DNA of 64,000 nt from Vicugna vicugna (taxonomy: Eukaryota), in NCBI GenBank assembly GCA_013265495.1, contig MU058244.1:62001-126000 (forward strand). The letters run 5' to 3'. The position numbers were made by a program, and so were the translations under genes. Below the pieces are notes generated by a model, which saw only the letters and a list, made by a program, of their open reading frames with translations, was not told where the DNA came from and ran no database searches. Shown here one piece after another: positions 39,201 to 51,963 of the stretch (positions are counted from its first letter, which is position 1; every line of letters starts with the position of its first letter).

Positions 39201-42200
39201 CGCCAGACCCTGGGACAGGGGGACGCCTCAGGTCTGGGCTCTGTCCTGGAATATCTTTCCCACCTGCAGCCTGGGGGCCCCTCTCCACTGAGCCCACCTG
39301 CACAGAGTGGTTAGCAGGTAGGAGCTCACCCTTGGCACATAGCCCACGTCCCCCCTGCCTTCGTGGGTCTGCACCACCAGGAAGCACACAGTGGGCACTA
39401 GGTCTGTGCCACTGAGGTCAGGGGCCTGCCTGGGGGACGCACAGTGTGGGTGGACCTCAGTCTCCCCACCAGGCTGACTCGGCGCCCCTCCAAGCATTCA
39501 GGGGCCCGTTGGCAGGATGCGTGATTGAGGGCCAGGCCAGTTCCAAACTTGGAGCTGGCAGGACAAGGACTGTCCTGTCCCCCGCCAGGGTCAGCACAGG
39601 GCCAGGCAGCGGCAGAGGCCGGAGGTGGCTCAAGAAGGAAATGGTTGAAATTTGCAGCCAGGGCAGGAAATGGACAAATTGTCGAGGAGGAGTTGGAATG
39701 CCAGCTGGAATGCCGCCCCCTCAGTGCCCGCCCCTCCCCGGAGATCTGAGCCCGGAGTCAGGAAGTGCCTGGTGTCTTGGCCGGAGGAGCTCTTGCCCCC
39801 TGGGGGTGGGCGCCTGCCCCACACCACCTCCGGTTCCCAGCTACAGGCTTCCCCGCGGGAGAGGGGAGGCGCAGGATGGGGGAGGAGCTGGAGCTGGAAC
39901 CGGGTCCTGCCTCTGCACCCCCGGGTGCTCCCTCTCAGCTTCCTTGTCTGGTGTGTCCGCCCCGCGACCTCCTCAGCTCCAGCGTGCTCTGGCACATGCC
40001 ACACTTTCGCACGGTCTCCTTCACCTGGAATGCTCCTCGCCAGCGGAAAACTTCTATCCTGTCCTCAAAACCCAGCTTTGGCAGCCGTCCCTGGTTCGAG
40101 CTGTCCCTGAAGCACCCACCCAACAGGTGCTGCGCCCCGCCCCTGCTCTCCTGCAGCTCTGCAGCCCAGACCCCTGCACTGGGGGCTGCCCACGCTCTCC
40201 TCTGCCCCTCCATGGGACAGAGCTCCAGCCCGCCACGGCACGGAGTGCAACACACAGTAGGCACCCAGTGATTGCTGGGCTCCGAGACGCTGCACTTGTG
40301 GCTTCAGATGCCTGAGAGACGGCCTTGGAATCAAGAGCGGGTCTTCCCCTCCTCGGGACGCGGGGGTCTGTGTGGACTCAGCCGTCAGCCGACGTGGCCA
40401 CTGATCTTGACGTCACCCTCCTCTCTGCAGCGCAGCGAGGTCAGACACTCAGCCTTGAAGTCGGCAGGCGTGTGTTTGCTCGGCTGCCCACAGCCTCTGT
40501 GTTCCAGCTCCTGGAGTCTTGATCTTCCCCTCTATTAAGTGGGCAGAGCGCACGCCCACCAGGGAGGGGTGTGGGGGGCCTAGGATGGAAGGCTGTCCGC
40601 CGAGCCTGGCACCCAGCAGGCACTCAGTCACCCGGACAAACCCAGGCACTCTTGACAGAGGAAGGAGGGGGCCTGAGCGGGGCCCAGCAACTGTGATTTC
40701 CAGGCCTGGGATGGCCACCCTGGCCAGATTCCTTTGCTCCCGCGGGGGAGGTAATTAGCATTCCAGCCCTGAGAGTGGCACCCCGCCCAGCAACCTCTCT
40801 GCGCCAGCTCCTCACCTCCTGGGGGAGCTGCTGAGTCGCGGGCGCGGGGGGTTGCACGTGGCGGGTGTTCGGGGCAGGGATGTGGGGGTCCCTGGGCCCC
40901 CCCTCCATTTCCGGACTGGAGCTGGCCTCGCCCCTGGGGGGGTCTTCGGCTTAGGCTCCTGGTCCCCGAGGACCCCCCAGCCCCTATCAAGCTCTGACCT
41001 GATGCCCCCACCCTTTCCTCCCAGGGTGGCCCCGAGGGCTCTCAGTTGGCTTCAGAGAAGGATTTCTCACCAGGAGGGTTGGGGATGGACCTAGAGAGGC
41101 AGATTTCTTAAAAGGCTTTCACCACAGAGGCTGGGGCTAGGCTTCTGGTGGCTTTGTGGGGCATCCAGGCCCGTCTCCCAGGTCCCAGCTGCTCCTGGGC
41201 CCCCACCCTGCCCTTCTGCCATCTGCCTTCCAGGGGCACCTGCCAGGCCTGGAACGAGAGGCCTGAATCCCAGAGGAACAGGGTGCTGGCGAGGGGGCTA
41301 CATTTTGTGTCCCCCAATATGAAAATCCTTCCTGGTCAGAGCCCCTGGCTCACAGCAAGGAGGCTGGGGCATCTGTGGAAAGAGCTGTGACTTGTGAAGT
41401 TCAGGGGAGTCCCCTTGGCCACCGCGCGTCCCTTCTGGAGCCTGTCCTGCGGGGCCTCCAGAGCCGTCTGCAAGGTGCCGCGGCGGCCCCGCTGTGGGGC
41501 GGCTGCAGGGGCTGCGCCCGGGCAGGTGGGGCTCGCAGACCCACCGGGAGCCGCACGGCCACGCCTTGTGGGGCGGCCACGCCTCTTCGGCTCGTGGCCA
41601 CTGTCTGGGGGCCTCTCCTGCCAGGCCGCTGCCCTGGTGCCGGGTGGGGAGGCTGACCTCAGAGTCCGGACCTGTGCTCAAGCTTCCCGAAATTCACCAC
41701 CGGAGATCAGATGCAAGTTAAGGAAACATTTATTTTAAATGTAAGCTGATAGTGGTGGCAGCCCTGGACGGCCCTGCTGGCTGCTGGCTGCGGCCTGAGG
41801 GCGGTGGGCCGACACTATAAATAGGGCACAGTTGTTGCAGCTCTTAACCCAGAGGGGCCAAGCCAACGGCTGCGAGTGGGGAGGTCAGGTAGAGCCAGCC
41901 TACGGCCTGGATGGCCCCCACCCTGGGGGCCCCTTCAGTCATGCCCTCTGCCACCTTCGTTGTGCCAACGGGAGGAAGACTCCTGCAGCCCCTCCAGCGT
42001 GCAGAGGCCGGGGGACATGCGCCACGTGCCCCCGAGGGCCGGCGTCGTCCAGCTCCCCCAGCACCCAAGTCCTCGACCCCAGTCTGCTCCAGGCATGTGC
42101 CTGCGTGTGTAACCACTGTCCTGCCAGCTTGTGCCTCTCCAGGGTGAACCACACCTGCCTTGGTACCTTCCTGGGCGTGGGGCACCAGCCCAGCCCCTCC

Positions 42201-42423
42201 TCACCCTCAGCTCTGCCTCCCCTGCTGCTTGGAGCCCTGAGGTCCCGCCGTGGGCTTCCTAGCTACTCCGTGCCCGCCCCCGCCAGCTACCCAGTCATCG
42301 GAAATAAAGGCGGGGAGTGCTGAGGGGCCCCTGGGACGTGCGCAGCGTCTGGCCGGGCTCCAGGAGCCACCCACAGGCATGCTGGGGAGCTGGCAGCCGG
42401 CCAGGCATGTCCCGCCAGGGGCC

Positions 42424-42494
42424 CGGTGGGGGTGGGGGTGGGAAGCCCACTGGGCAGGTGGCAGGTACGGTGGGGGTGGGGGTGGGAAGCCCAC
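42424..42494. repeat. 27-bp direct repeat CGGTGGGGGTGGGGGTGGGAAGCCCAC, period 44
   Basis: Copies at 42424-42450 and 42468-42494. Confidence 0.9.
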
Positions 42495-45400
42495 GGGGCG
42501 GGTCCCTTCCTGGGAGCCGCGAGGAAGGTTAGCCCCCAGCCCCCAGCCCCACCCCTGCAGCAGGGAGCCAGTCCTGTCTGTCCACCTGTTCGCCCCTCCG
42601 TGGGGACCAGGGGTCGGAGTCTGGGCTGAGGAGCGCCAGAAGGGTCTCGATACTTTCTAACGCAAACCCCTGGGGTGGGGAAACTGAGGCCCAGAAAGAG
42701 GCTGACTCCACCTCCGTCCCCGCCCGGCGATTCCAGGAGGGAGCGGCTGAGGGCTGCTACATGAGAGCACTTTTGATGGAGGTTTGCGGCAGCGTTCTCA
42801 GGCTTCACGTGAGTATTATTCCTGCTTTGCTGGTGTGGAACCTGGCATCAGAGGTGTCTGGCCACGGGCAGCGGCAGATCAGGCTCAGGACCACTCTGGG
42901 CAGGGCTAACATCACCCTGGGGGCCCCACCTCTCAATTCCCATTTTAGGGGTGCTGAGGCCCAGAGCTGAGTCTGACTGACAGAGCCACTGGCCAGGAGC
43001 TCCGGGCAGAGTGGACGCCCCGTGTCCTCCTCCTGTGGCCCAGCTGGCCGGATGCTGGGTGGCTTGAGGCCCCCCGGCCTGGAAGCTGCTGTGAGAGGCC
43101 GGCCGTGACTTTCGGTGAAATGAAGCTGCAGCGGCTCCTGGTCTGACCTGCCAGGGCCTAGGGATTCCTTCCATATCCTTGGGTGTCTGTGTGGCCCAGG
43201 GGCTCGTTCAGACCTGGGGGGTCTGTAGCTGAGTTGGAGACAGGCTCCCCCACCTGCCTCAGAGCCCCGCTTGCCAGTCGGTGGAGGGGCCGCTGGGAAT
43301 TTAAGCTACCACCGGGGCTCAGGAGATGGGGCAGCAGGCGAGGTCAGTGCCAGTGTCCCGACGGTGGACAAGGGTGGGCCTTCCAGTGCTGGGGTCTGGG
43401 GAGTGGACGAGGGGAGGGGGCACCTTGTCCTTCTCCCCCAGCCCCTGTCTTCTTCTTCACACAGGAGGACAGCTTGCCTCTGGGGCCCGACATGCAGGAC
43501 AAGCATTGTCTTACCACAGGGAACCATAACGCTGGCCAGGCTGTGCAGAAGCGCCTGCCAAGGTGGCGGAAACCAAGACACCACCGGGAGACCCACGTAG
43601 GCCTGCCCCTCCCGCTGGGTCTCAGCCTCCAAAGCCAGCTCATGAGAGAAACAACACTGACCCTGAAATAAAAGTGCGACGGACACGTGGGCCTGACATG
43701 CTGACTGAGCCAGGTCCCGGCCTTCCTCACCAGCCGCCTGAGCCTGGGAACAGCGCCTACCTCTCTGTGCTCGGCCTCTGTGCCTGCAGAATGGCGACCC
43801 CACCTCCAGGGCCTGAGGAGATGTAACAGGGTACAGTATACAGCAAGTGCTCAATAAACAGACGGCGTCTTTGGATGCGAAACACACGCAGGTCTGCTGA
43901 GACAAACGCAGTCCTTCCACGTCCTGGGCGCTTTCCACGTGTGTCTGTGGCCTTCCTTCCTCCACGGCTTTGGCTGGACGCCGATGAATAGATGCAGGAC
44001 ACAGGCTGCATGCTGGCTGCGGCCTCCGAGCAGCAGAGGACAGAACGTCCCTGCCCTTCCCTGCCTCCTGGAGGGCATGGCTCCCACCCAGATGCCCACA
44101 GCCCCTGGGGTGTGAAGACTGTCCAGGGCTTGGCCCCAACTGTGCACCTGGATGGACTTGGTGGGACCAGCCTCCTGGGCCCAGGGGCACCTCCTCTGGG
44201 GGACAGGCCAGCGCAGGCCCTCAGGGCCCTCCCTTCAGCCCCTGCATGCCCACCAACCCAGCCCTCCTTCTGGGGCCTTGGGCATCCCAGGGATGGGCTG
44301 CATGGTGACCTTCCAGGGTTGCCGGGACCACGCCCCCAGACCACAGCACCCCAACGTAGCCTCCCCAGGGACAGTGTGCTGGGCCCGCTCCCCTGTCTCT
44401 GGAGTGCTCTGGAGCCACAGCCACAGCCACAGCCCACTTGGAAAGGAAGTGAGTGGCGGCTACAGGCCCAGAGAGACCTGGTGCGCCATCCGAGGTCCCC
44501 CTGTCCTATCTACGCCCCGGGGACCAGGCAGCTCCTGCCCCCACCTCCCGAAGGACAGAGAGGAGGCTGGCCTTGGCTGCCCTAGCGTGTCTCCCCCGGC
44601 TCAGCACGGGGCTCTGTCCACATCCCTGGAAAGAGCAGGGAGAGGATGGGGTGGCAGGTGGGGCCTGGCAGCTGTGACCGTGATCTCATGACCTTGGGAG
44701 ACAACCTGCCGTGGGTCGGCGTGCTGGTCTGGCCTCTGCGGGTCTGCCCTCCATGGGTGACCTCATCCAACCCCCGCAGCCCATCAGCGCAGGGCCTCAG
44801 GATCAGCTCCATCACACACGTGCAGCAGCCAAGGCACAGGGACGTGAGCTGGGCCCGCCCTCCCCTCCCTGCCACGGCGGTGTGACCGTGGCCGTGTCCT
44901 TGAGGTCTGCACTCCTGTCCCTCTCCGGTGCGTCCCACGCTTGGCCAGCGCCCGGCACGCAGCCACCGTGACGACCGGCCAGTGTCCTGGGGCTGCCCTG
45001 GAAGGGCCGGATTCGCCCCCTCCGGTTCCGGAGGCCCAGGGGAGTCTGCTCCCTCTCCCTTCAGCCTCGTTAGTTTCTTCCTTCTCTCGGACGTTTCTCC
45101 CGTGGCTTCCGTGGACCAGGCCCTGGAGGAGCCGTGACCCCACTGCCCTCCTGGAAGCTTCTTCAAGTCCCCTTGCGCTTCAAAGGCCTGGGAGCCGGGC
45201 GACCTCTGTGCCCCCCTGGGCGTGGTTTCCGGGTGTTCCTGGGGTGGCAGGCGGCTCTTTGGGGCTATTTTGGGATCGCCACAAACTTCTCTCTCCTCCT
45301 GTGAACGGGGACTTTTCATCAAACTCTGCTAAGACGGGGGTGATGTCACTCCCAAATTACAGGGGCTCTGCTGGGTGGGGCGGCGGGCAGGGAGGTGTGA

Positions 45401-47339
45401 CCCCCGCACCCAGCTGGGTGGCCCCAGGCCTGTCACTGGCAGGCAGGCTCGGAGGTCCCCTCCTGAGAGGCCGCACAACCGCGGGGGCACGGCGTGCCTC
45501 TGGGAAAATCACGACGCTGGGCTAAACGTCTGCTTGTCTATTTAGGACGGGCAGCTGGACATGACCGTCCCGGGGAAGTGACTAAACTGCCCTGGTCTTT
45601 CCCGGGGACGCCCGGCAGGCGGAGCCTGGAAGGGAGGGGGTTCAGCAGGTCCCAGCCCAGCCCAGAACCTGGGTAACCCAAGCTCTCGGCCTGGACCCAT
45701 TTGGAGGGGCCTCGCCCCTGCCGAGTGAGGCTGTCTGGCATTGCCCACTGGCCCCTGAGACCCCAGCCACCTCCCCAGGGGCAGAACAAGCCGCAGGCCG
45801 GCTCGAGGGGCCTTCCTGGGAGTGGAGAAGGGTCAGCGTGCCCTCTTGCTTCCTTCCCAAATCAGGGTGTTGGGGGGCAGACTGAGGCCGACGAGGACAA
45901 GACAGGGAAGGAGGCAGAGACTCTCTCAGGGAAGCTGAGCCCCCAGCCTCTGGAGATGTGGCCCCGTGCTCAGGACCCTCTTGGACTGGGAGGGGGACCC
46001 CAGCATCAGGAGGCCCCCAGACTCGGCGCAGGCAGGAGGCCCCACAGGCCTGGTGCACCCCTCGCTCATTTATTCATTCACTCAGTGAGCGTCCGGAGCT
46101 GCTCTGGGAAGGGGACTAGGCGGGGCCTCTCTCCAGCTCACTTTGAAATTCCATTCGATCCTTTGGGGTCGTGGCACAGAAAACTCCTATTAACGTGCAG
46201 CTTGCCCGCCCTTGGTGGGGTGGGAGGAAATCCCGGGCACCTCTGGGCTCCTGCTCCCGCTGGGCTGGCTGGGGGACACGGGGCAGGTGCAGGGGGTGCG
46301 CGGAGCAGGGGCTCAGCGCAGGGAGGTGCTGGGCCCCGGGGAGGGGACCACGCGGGAACTGCAGTGTCTGATGGCAGAAAGGGCGGGGCTGGAACCAAGG
46401 CGTCAGCCTCCCTGACCCTGGGAGCCGTGCCTCTCCACCCACCGGTACCAGGACCAGGACAGCGTCAGCCTGACCTGGTTCCCAAACTGAGCCATTGTGC
46501 GGCACCGTCTGAACTCCCCTCGTCAGTCGCCACGGCACTGTTGTGTGCTCGATGTTCTTCAAAGCAACTCATGTTTTAAGACAGAATTTTAATTGTGTTT
46601 TCCCCTCTGAGCCTATGACCAGCTCAGTCCTTGTAAACTTCAGCAATTAGAAAGAGATGCAGTATTTCCGATTGAAAAAATCAGTCACTTGCCCATACTG
46701 AGGTTGACCCAAATGACAGACACAGAGCGGAGTGGAGAGTGGGTTCTAGCCGGGGGCGCGTGTGAAGCCGTGTCCTGCGCGTGCAGCCTGCTCCCTCGGC
46801 TCTGGGCGTCCGAGGCCGACTGAGACCCAGCGGAGACTTCCTCCTTGAGCAGGAGCTGGAATTACAGAGGGGGTGGGTTTCGCACTCCTGCTCTGTCCTG
46901 GGACCTCCCAAGTCACCTCTCGCCCCGCATCGCCCCCCCAGCTGTGAGAATTGCCAGGGAACAGAGGGTTCTTTCGCTGCAGGTGCCAAAACCTGACCGT
47001 CTGACCCAAAGTAAAGAAGTTTGTAAGAAAGGAAAGAGGAACCCGAGATGGGGGGCCGGGGGGTGCCCAGCAGATGGACGTCTCATCCAAGACCAGGAGT
47101 CCCTCTGCTCGGCCACCCTTGCGGGGGTGACCCTTGTCCTCCGTGGGCACGCGCGGCGCAGGGCAGTCGGGAAGCGCAGGGCACAGCTGAGTGCGGCAGG
47201 AGAGCGAGAGGAGGGCCCACTCCTCAGGCCTGAGAGCGTCTCCTCCTCCGGCCGACTGGGCTGAGACCCGCAGGTGACGGGCTGGGGATTGGGGCCGGAT
47301 CACACGATGTTATCGTTTCGCGAGTAATCTGTAAGCACT

Positions 47340-47450
47340 CTGCTAATGAGCTACTTTCATCTTCCCTTTTTTTGTGCAGACTGTGAAATCTGGTGCGTAT
47401 TTCACATTTGCAGCACATCCCAATCCGCGCACGGCCTTCTCACTGGAAAT
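47340..47450 (-). mobile_element. MER33-like hAT-Charlie DNA transposon fragment
   Basis: GAAATCTGGTGCGTATTTCACATTTGCAGCACATCCCAATCCG resembles the MER33 reverse complement. Confidence 0.5.
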
Positions 47451-47463
47451 GCGTCACCTGCGT

Positions 47464-48260
47464 TTAGGTTTCATAGACCTCACAGCTGAAAAGCAGACTC
47501 ACCGAGATGGTTGCCTGGGCCGTACTTGAGAGTCCTCTGATCGCCTCAAACACCCCCAGATGCACCTTTCCTGAACAGCCACTCTTCCGCTGGCAGGACT
47601 GCTCCAGGTTGAAGCTTCCCTCCTGCTTCCGCGCGCACTTCCAGCGCATTTTCACGTGCCGTCCTGCTCTGTCACGCCAGCCTTTCTCTAGCCGCTTGTT
47701 CTGCCGTGTGCACCTTCTCCGTAGCTGTGAAAGCTGCTTAAGTGACAGAGCTGGTAGCCCTTTGCTGCGATACGGTTTGGAGACGTTTTCCCAGGTTGTC
47801 ACTGATCTAATTTCTAACTTTTTTGCGAAGCAGAAGGTTTTAAACATAGAAATCACAGGAGAGCCCACCCGTGTTTCCGTCCAGGGTGTCTATCTCTGCA
47901 CTTCGAATACTTCAAATTTTGAAACATGGACGGAGCCGAGCAAGTGGCAAAGGTGCTACACAGGGTCCCCTCGCCCGTCTCCTCTCTCTGATGGTTGAGC
48001 TTCGCACAAATGTGGTCAAAACGGGAAGCTGGCTCTGGAGCGGGGCGGTGTCGGGCCGGCAGTGCCTCACCATGCGGGGGGTTTGTGGGTGCAGCGGCAC
48101 GGCAGGACAGAGCCGAGCCGTCACCAGAGAGCTCCCTCGCTCCAGTTTCATTTTGTTGATGTTGCATCCGTGTTTTTATTTTACTTCTGGCATGAAGTAT
48201 AAAGAAAGAATCCAATTCAGTCTTTTTTCATATGAATATCCTACAATCCTGATACCACAA
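47464..48260 (-). mobile_element. Decayed L1 ORF2 C-terminal fragment
   Basis: Minus ORF 47464-47868 (FKTFCFAKK...WENVSKPYRSKGL...LKQLSQL) aligns by eye to L1 ORF2p IKLKSFCTAKE...WEKIFANY.SDKGL.SRIYKEL; 48150-48260 matches the neighbouring L1 sequence. Confidence 0.7.
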
Positions 48261-48269
48261 CATTCCTTT

Positions 48270-48870
48270 CTTTAAACAGTACACGAGCTACACATATTTA
48301 AAGTGTATATCCGACAAGTTCAGTTACACAGATACACCTGTGAACTGTCATCAAAATCAAGATACTGGATATACTGTTAGCCCAAAGCTTCCTCGAGCCC
48401 TGGGTGACCCTCCCGGCACTGCCCCCCACACCCCACTCCACTCCCTGTGGCTTCAGGGCCGCTGGCATGTCTTCTGGTTTTGTGTAAATGAAGTCATGAT
48501 GTGGTAACCTTTGGCTTCTTTAACTCAGACCATCATCAGTTTCTCCCTTTTTATATTTGCGTAGCATTCATGGTATGAGGGCTGGATCTGTGGGACAGAT
48601 GGACCCGTAGGGAGGATGGACCTGTGGGGAGGATGGACCCATGGGGGGGATGGACCCGTGGGGGGATGGACTTGTAGGGAGGATGGACTCATGGGGGGAT
48701 GGACCTGTGGGAGGATGGACCCGTGGGAAGGTGCACATGTTGTGCATCCCACCACCCACTGAGGGGCATTTGTGTTGCCCTAGTTTGTGGCTCTTACAAA
48801 CAGAGCTTCAGTGAGCATCACGTCCAGGCCTCAGACGTCCATGCACAGCTTGTTCACTGACATTCATGGT
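48270..48870 (-). mobile_element. L1M 3'-end fragment (L1MB/MC-like), interrupted by a VNTR
   Basis: CATATTTAAAGTGTATA...CATCAAAATCAAGATACTGGA...GTAAATGAAGTCAT...GGCTTCTTTAACTCAG...GAGGGGCATTTGTGTTGCCCTAGTTTGTGGCTCTTACAAACAGAGCTTCAGTGAGCAT. Confidence 0.75.
48584..48731. repeat. G-rich minisatellite, 8 full units of 16-17 bp (ATGGAC[C/T][C/T][G/A]T[A/G]GGG[A/G]GG) plus a degenerate unit
   Basis: Units start at 48599, 48616, 48633, 48650, 48666, 48683, 48699 and 48715. Confidence 0.92.
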
Positions 48871-50619
48871 GCCTATGTTTTACACTTAGGTTGATGGTAA
48901 CAAAAATGAAATAAAATTTAAAATTTGATTTCTCATTTGCTCTAAGCACATTTCACGTGCTCAGGAACTGGTTTGATGGTTTCTCAATCTTGTCCAAAAC
49001 TTCATAAACCATCCGGCCTGAAGGGCTGGGCAGCACGGCCGATGGTGGCAGTACGTCCACGAACGGCCGGGGTGCGTCAGGCAGGGGGACAGCAGGCCAG
49101 GGAGCAACCGCGGGGGCGAGTTCAGGGCGTTGGGAGCCTTCCTGCGGGCCACCCGAGGGGAGGCCTGGAGGACAAGTTGGGTGGGGAGCCCGGTCTGTGA
49201 CGAGCGGGCAGTGGGGAAGGGGAGGGAGGTGGTTTCGGGACGAGGAGGGGCTGGGCCTATCCGAGGACAAGGGAGTGAACACAGGTTCACGCTGTAGAGC
49301 ACAGGGAACCGTGGTCAAGACCTCTCAGTAGCTGAGGGTGAAAAGGGTATGCAAATGAGCACACGTGTGTTCACGCGTGAAGGAAGCACTGTGCCGCACA
49401 CCGGAAATGGACACACTGTTAACGGAGTGCACGTCGATAGAGACATGCACCGCAGGACAGGGGGCTCCTGTGGGTCTGAGGCTCACCCGTGTGCGGGGGG
49501 GCCCTGGAGCGGCTCCTGGGGCCTTTGGCCTTGGCGGGGCCTTGTCCTTCCTTCAGCGTCCGTGCCTGTCCCTGCCCGTCACCCCACGTGTGTTTGGGAG
49601 GGAGGAAGGGACTCTCTGCTCCCGCAGAAGCTCCCTGCTGCTGGGGTCCCAGGCCAGCTGTCCTCCCCACGCTGTCTCCCCACACTCCCTGGACCAGTGG
49701 CTGCTGCCTGGGAGGCCCTGGGCCTTGCTTCCCTGCTCCCTGGGGCTGTGCAGGGTGGGGGTCCCTGGCCGGGTCTTGGGGGGCCAAGACACAGAATCTG
49801 CGCTCCCGGGGGCAGGGTCTGTTCCCGGTGACTCAGAAGAGGCTGCTGACATGCAGGCCGCGCCTCATTTTGGGTAAAGAAAAGGAGGGAACTTGGAAGT
49901 CCTCAGCGTCCAGTTAATCCTGGGGCGGGTTCCTGAAAGCAGAGCTGCACTGGGCCCAGAAGGCCTCCTGGGTCAGGACGGGCTCAGGGGGCCCGGCCCC
50001 AGGGAGGCTTCGAGCTGGCCCAGTCCCTCCCTCTCCCTCCCCTGTCAGACCTGAGCTCCGGCAGGTGGGTGAGGGAAGGGGGAGAGGTGGCCCTGGGAGA
50101 CTGAGAAGGGTGTCAAGACCCTGTTTCAAAGCCCGGGGAGCCTAGGAGCTGCCTCAGGGCCGCCGCAGCCCTACGCCAGAGGCTGAGAAGGTGGGGGTGC
50201 TGTGCAGGGCGTTGACTGCTCCTGCCCTGCTGTGCGGAGGCAGCGAGGCGGCGATGCGGGACCTCGGCTGTCACCTGTGAGCTGGGGCGAGAGTCACCAG
50301 CAGAGCCCCTCAGGAGCGGTCCTGGGAGGGACCCGACGTGGGGAGGGGTGGAGCCACTGGGAGGGTGCACTGAGGGTGCACAGGGCCTTTCTCCTTCTAG
50401 GGGATCAGCTCAAGTTAGAAACTGGAGGAGGGAAGCCTCAGGGAACTGACCTTCCTGACTGAAGAGAGGGCCTGGGATGCAGGAGGGAAACTGAGGCAGA
50501 GTCCTTTCTAGCTGTTCAGCTGCAGGGCTGGCAGCCTGAGTGCCCAAAGCCCACTGAGGCTGTGCCAGCCGGTTCACTTCCCTACCTCCATCCACGTGTC
50601 CATCCGCTCACCCTGCACC

Positions 50620-50800
50620 TGTCCATCCATCCATGCATCCATCCATGCACCTATCCATCAATCTACCCATCCATCCATCCATCCCTCCGGCCGTCCAATA
50701 CCTTTCATAACCTCCTCAGCGTTGGGTGTGGCTCTAGGTGAGGGAGGCACTACGAGACACAGTCTTGTCCTCATGGAGCCGACACTCCAGTGCTCTAATC
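50620..50800 (-). mobile_element. L2 3'-end fragment with (CCAT)n tail
   Basis: CCATCCATCCATCC...AATACCTTTCATAACCTCCTCAGCGTTGGG...AGACACAGTCTTGTCCTCATGGAGCCGACACTCCAGTG. Confidence 0.6.
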
Positions 50801-51963
50801 ACTGGGGAACAGAGGTCAGAAGTGCCAGGGCTCCACAAACTCCTTTGCCCCAGGGGCTCCCTCTGGGATGTGGCGGAGGGACCCCCAGGGATCACAGCCA
50901 GAGACCAAGGGCTGTCACTGGCCCCCCGCCTTGTGCTCACTAGGGGTTTCCAGGGGCACAAGGGGAGTAAGGGTCCCCACCCTACTTGCCTTTGCTCTGC
51001 GGGGTCCGTCCAGCTGGGGCCGGAGAAGTGTCCTTGGGGATCTCGGAGTTCCTGACGGTATTTCTAACGGAGACCCCTGTGAGCTTTTGGCAGGCACTGG
51101 GCTGGGAGCTACACTTACTAAGCGCCTGCTGTGTGCGCCTCACACAGTGATAAACTCACTTACACCCTGAAAGAGAGATTCCATTTTGCAGACGGGACGG
51201 GCCCTGAGGGATGGGCAAGGGCGTCGCTGTGGGTCGGAACCCAGGTGGTCTGTCTCTCTGGGTGTTTCTCAATAAGAACCTGCCCTTGGGGGAGGGGAGC
51301 TGTCGGTGGCTGAGTGCCCGGCCGGGGCACCCGGAGTCTCTCCAAGTCTGACCTCATTCAGAAGCTGGCTGGGGACAACAGGCAGCCGGGCGGCCATCCC
51401 AGGTGACCTTTCATCTCACGGCCTCCTGGCCACAGCCCGAGGTGAGTCTCGGCTTCTTTCTGGCCTCTGCTGAGGTTACTCAGTGCATAAAGGGTAACTC
51501 AGTCCCGGCTCAAGTGTCAGCCTGGGAAGAGCCAGAGTGTGTGGCCAGGGGCCTCTGCCTGCCGGCTGGATCCGGAAAGACTGTCCCTCCCCCTCTCTGC
51601 AGGCGGCTGGGCAGAGATAGCCCTGGACCCGGAATCAGGGGGTCCCAGGTGCAAGTCAGACCCCAGGCCGAGTGTGTCAGTGAATTCGGGCAAACTGGGG
51701 CCTGTTCAGTGCCTCTCGCCGCCGCAGGGACGGGCAGACAGGGCCCCAGCACAGAGGCTGGCAGGGTGGGTGGGGCTGGGGCGGGCGCAGAGGCCTGGGT
51801 GCTGGCATCGTCTCCCTCCTGTGGCCACGCAGAGGCCTCCTGGGGGCAGCGTGCCGCTAACTCCAGCAGCAAGTGGACCTCTGTCCTGATGCTCAACCTG
51901 GCCACGCGCCGGTGCTGGACCTCCTGGGCCCTCCGTGGACTGGTTGCACCCCAGCACCTGCCT

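Noticed and set aside
39446-46579. Several 250-295-aa ORFs (39446-40315, 43306-44190, 45701-46579)
   Set aside because: Pro/Gly/Ala/Arg/Ser-rich, overlapping on both strands, with no splice-consistent model or family motif; typical high-GC noise.
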